Position numbers and translations under genes: made by a program. A stretch of DNA of 32,000 bases, taken from a bacterium 1XD42-54 (GTDB lineage: Bacteria; Bacillota; Clostridia; Lachnospirales; Lachnospiraceae). The stretch spans positions 70,968 to 102,967 of the forward strand of contig RAZH01000003.1 of the NCBI GenBank assembly GCA_003612585.1, read 5' to 3'. The notes below the pieces were generated by a model. The model ran no database searches. It was not told the origin of the DNA and was given only the letters and a program-made list of their open reading frames with translations. This document shows positions 30,922 through 32,000 of this stretch, piece after piece (the first letter of the stretch is position 1; every line of letters starts with the position of its first letter).

Positions 30922-32000
30922 TTAATCCTCCTTTTTCTTTCTTTCGCACTGGTAGCCTGCAAACCCGAAGATTCCCGCACCGACTGTAAATGCCGCCGCA
31001 AGGCTCACCCACAAGCCGAGGCTGAAGTCGTCGCCCGTTTTCGGGGTGTCACGCAGCTCGTTGTGCATGGTTACGGTTGCCGTTTCGTCCGTCTTGACTG
31101 TCACTTTCTGGTCGGCGGGCAGGATATAGCCAGAGGATGCCTTGTCGATGACCTCGGACACGGTGTATTCGCCGATACGCAAGCCGTCAATGACGATTTC
31201 GCCGTTTTTGTCCGTCTTGAACGTCTGGTCGTAATCCCTGCCGATAACACGGAAAGAGAAGCCCTCCACCCTGCCGTCAGAGGATGTCTTGACGATTTTT
31301 AATGAGCCTTTCTGTGCTTCATTCAAGAAACCTTTGCCCGCTTCATTCTCCACGTTGTAGGTCTTGCCGTTTTCCTCAATGGATACGGGATAGACATTCT
31401 CATCCAGAACGAAGCCTGTCGGGGCGGTTTTCTCACGGACAAGGTACTTTCCATATCTGAGGTCGTTCATCTGGTAAACGCCTTTTTCCACCTCGCCCAT
31501 CTCGCCGAGAAGTTCATCCTTTTTATCCAGTTTCCCATCGCCGTCCGTATCAGAGTAAACCTCGAATACCGCACCCGTGAGCTTGTTGTCGGGATAATCC
31601 TTGTCTACCTTAGTCAGAGCGATATTGCCTTTGATGAAATAGTTCACAAGCTCAATCTCCACTACCTCGTCAACCTCACTGATAGTTACGCTGATTTCTT
31701 CCTCGGAGAGTACATATCCTTTCGGGCTTTCGATTTCACGGATTACCCATGTGCCATACGGAACTTCCACAAAAGAAAAACTGCCGTCATCTTCAGATGT
31801 GGCAGTTGCGATTGCATTTTCTTTCGTGTATTCTGTTGTCCCCATCTGAAAGATGCCGATTATCGCACCGCCTAAATCCTCGCCGTCCTCGTTGGACTTT
31901 TTACCGCTGATAGAGCCGTAAATCAGTTCATTTTCAATGGCTTCGCCCTCGTTTACCGTAATATTTACGACGGCGGTTTCCTGCCCTGCGTACTCGAAGT
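30922..32000 (-). CDS. Surface adhesin with Cna-B/SpaA-type (prealbumin-like) repeats and a sortase sorting signal; 5' end outside the window
   Basis: The reading frame stays open upstream of the track's Met to nt 32000 (hand translation ...YGSISGKKSNEDGEDLGGAIIGIFQMGTTEY...). Repeats carry G.F.F..VPYG.W.I.E...P.GY-type motifs. The C-terminus has TPKTG (31033-31047), a hydrophobic segment and an ERKKKED tail. Confidence 0.9.
   Translation of the reverse strand, partial: FEYAGQETAVVNITVNEGEAIENELIYGSISGKKSNEDGEDLGGAIIGIFQMGTTEYTKENAIATATSEDDGSFSFVEVPYGTWVIREIESPKGYVLSEEEISVTISEVDEVVEIELVNYFIKGNIALTKVDKDYPDNKLTGAVFEVYSDTDGDGKLDKKDELLGEMGEVEKGVYQMNDLRYGKYLVREKTAPTGFVLDENVYPVSIEENGKTYNVENEAGKGFLNEAQKGSLKIVKTSSDGRVEGFSFRVIGRDYDQTFKTDKNGEIVIDGLRIGEYTVSEVIDKASSGYILPADQKVTVKTDETATVTMHNELRDTPKTGDDFSLGLWVSLAAAFTVGAGIFGFAGYQCERKKKED

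Larger units (their letters stand above)
2134..32000. mobile_element. Conjugation/establishment backbone of a Firmicutes ICE (or conjugative plasmid-like element); both ends lie outside the window
   Basis: Co-linear VirB4, VirD4, VirB6-like, PrgI, Maff2, cell-wall hydrolase, relaxase+MobC, PcfB, Toprim, polyvalent methylase/helicase, sortase and adhesin genes on one strand. No recombinase or att site is seen, so the extent is a minimum. Confidence 0.85.

Noticed and set aside
1-32000. Search for integrase/recombinase, att or terminal repeats, tRNA, rRNA, CRISPR arrays, reverse transcriptase or group II intron
   Set aside because: No ORF has recombinase or RT motifs, no cloverleaf-like or rRNA-like segments were seen, and there are no regular repeat-spacer arrays. 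The element ends are presumably outside the window.

Overview
Nearly all of this window (about nt 2100-32000) is the transfer and establishment backbone of a Gram-positive, Clostridia-type integrative conjugative element (ICE). About 30 genes lie on the minus strand, tightly packed and often overlapping by 4-8 nt. From right to left they are: a Cna-B/SpaA-type surface adhesin (5' end off the window); a block of small conserved unknown genes; an 8.6-kb polyvalent ArdC-N / N6-adenine methyltransferase / SNF2 helicase gene; a DUF3991-Toprim primase-like gene; MobC plus relaxase; PcfB; a stand-alone ArdC-N-like gene; the VirD4 coupling protein; Maff2; a VirB6-like protein; PrgI; the VirB4 ATPase; DUF6075; a class B sortase; and a lysozyme+CHAP cell-wall hydrolase. 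By gene-family content it resembles the C. difficile CTn2/CTn4 type of element; this is from memory, not a search. The only plus-strand gene is an XRE-type regulator at the left backbone edge. To its left (nt 1-2100) is a visibly lower-GC cargo module: an OmpR-type response regulator, a histidine kinase, a terminator, and an apparently regulator-dependent promoter driving a gene that runs off the left edge. A second low-GC islet (about 17.06-18.73 kb) interrupts the backbone and carries a TmrB-like P-loop protein and an unknown two-TM protein. I saw no integrase, element ends, rRNA, tRNA or CRISPR array. Observations most worth following up: (1) a TnpV-like gene with its own strong RBS nested in the +1 frame of the disorder-like linker of the polyvalent ORF; (2) a shared Lys-rich C-terminal tail ending in Glu-Arg-stop on seven otherwise unrelated soluble ICE proteins, absent from the T4SS structural proteins; (3) the low-GC two-gene islet, with a repeated motif upstream of each gene; (4) a candidate oriT, unannotated micro-ORFs, and an ICE-borne sortase B with a TPKTG-signal substrate. 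Family names are recognised from protein motifs by eye; no database search was possible.
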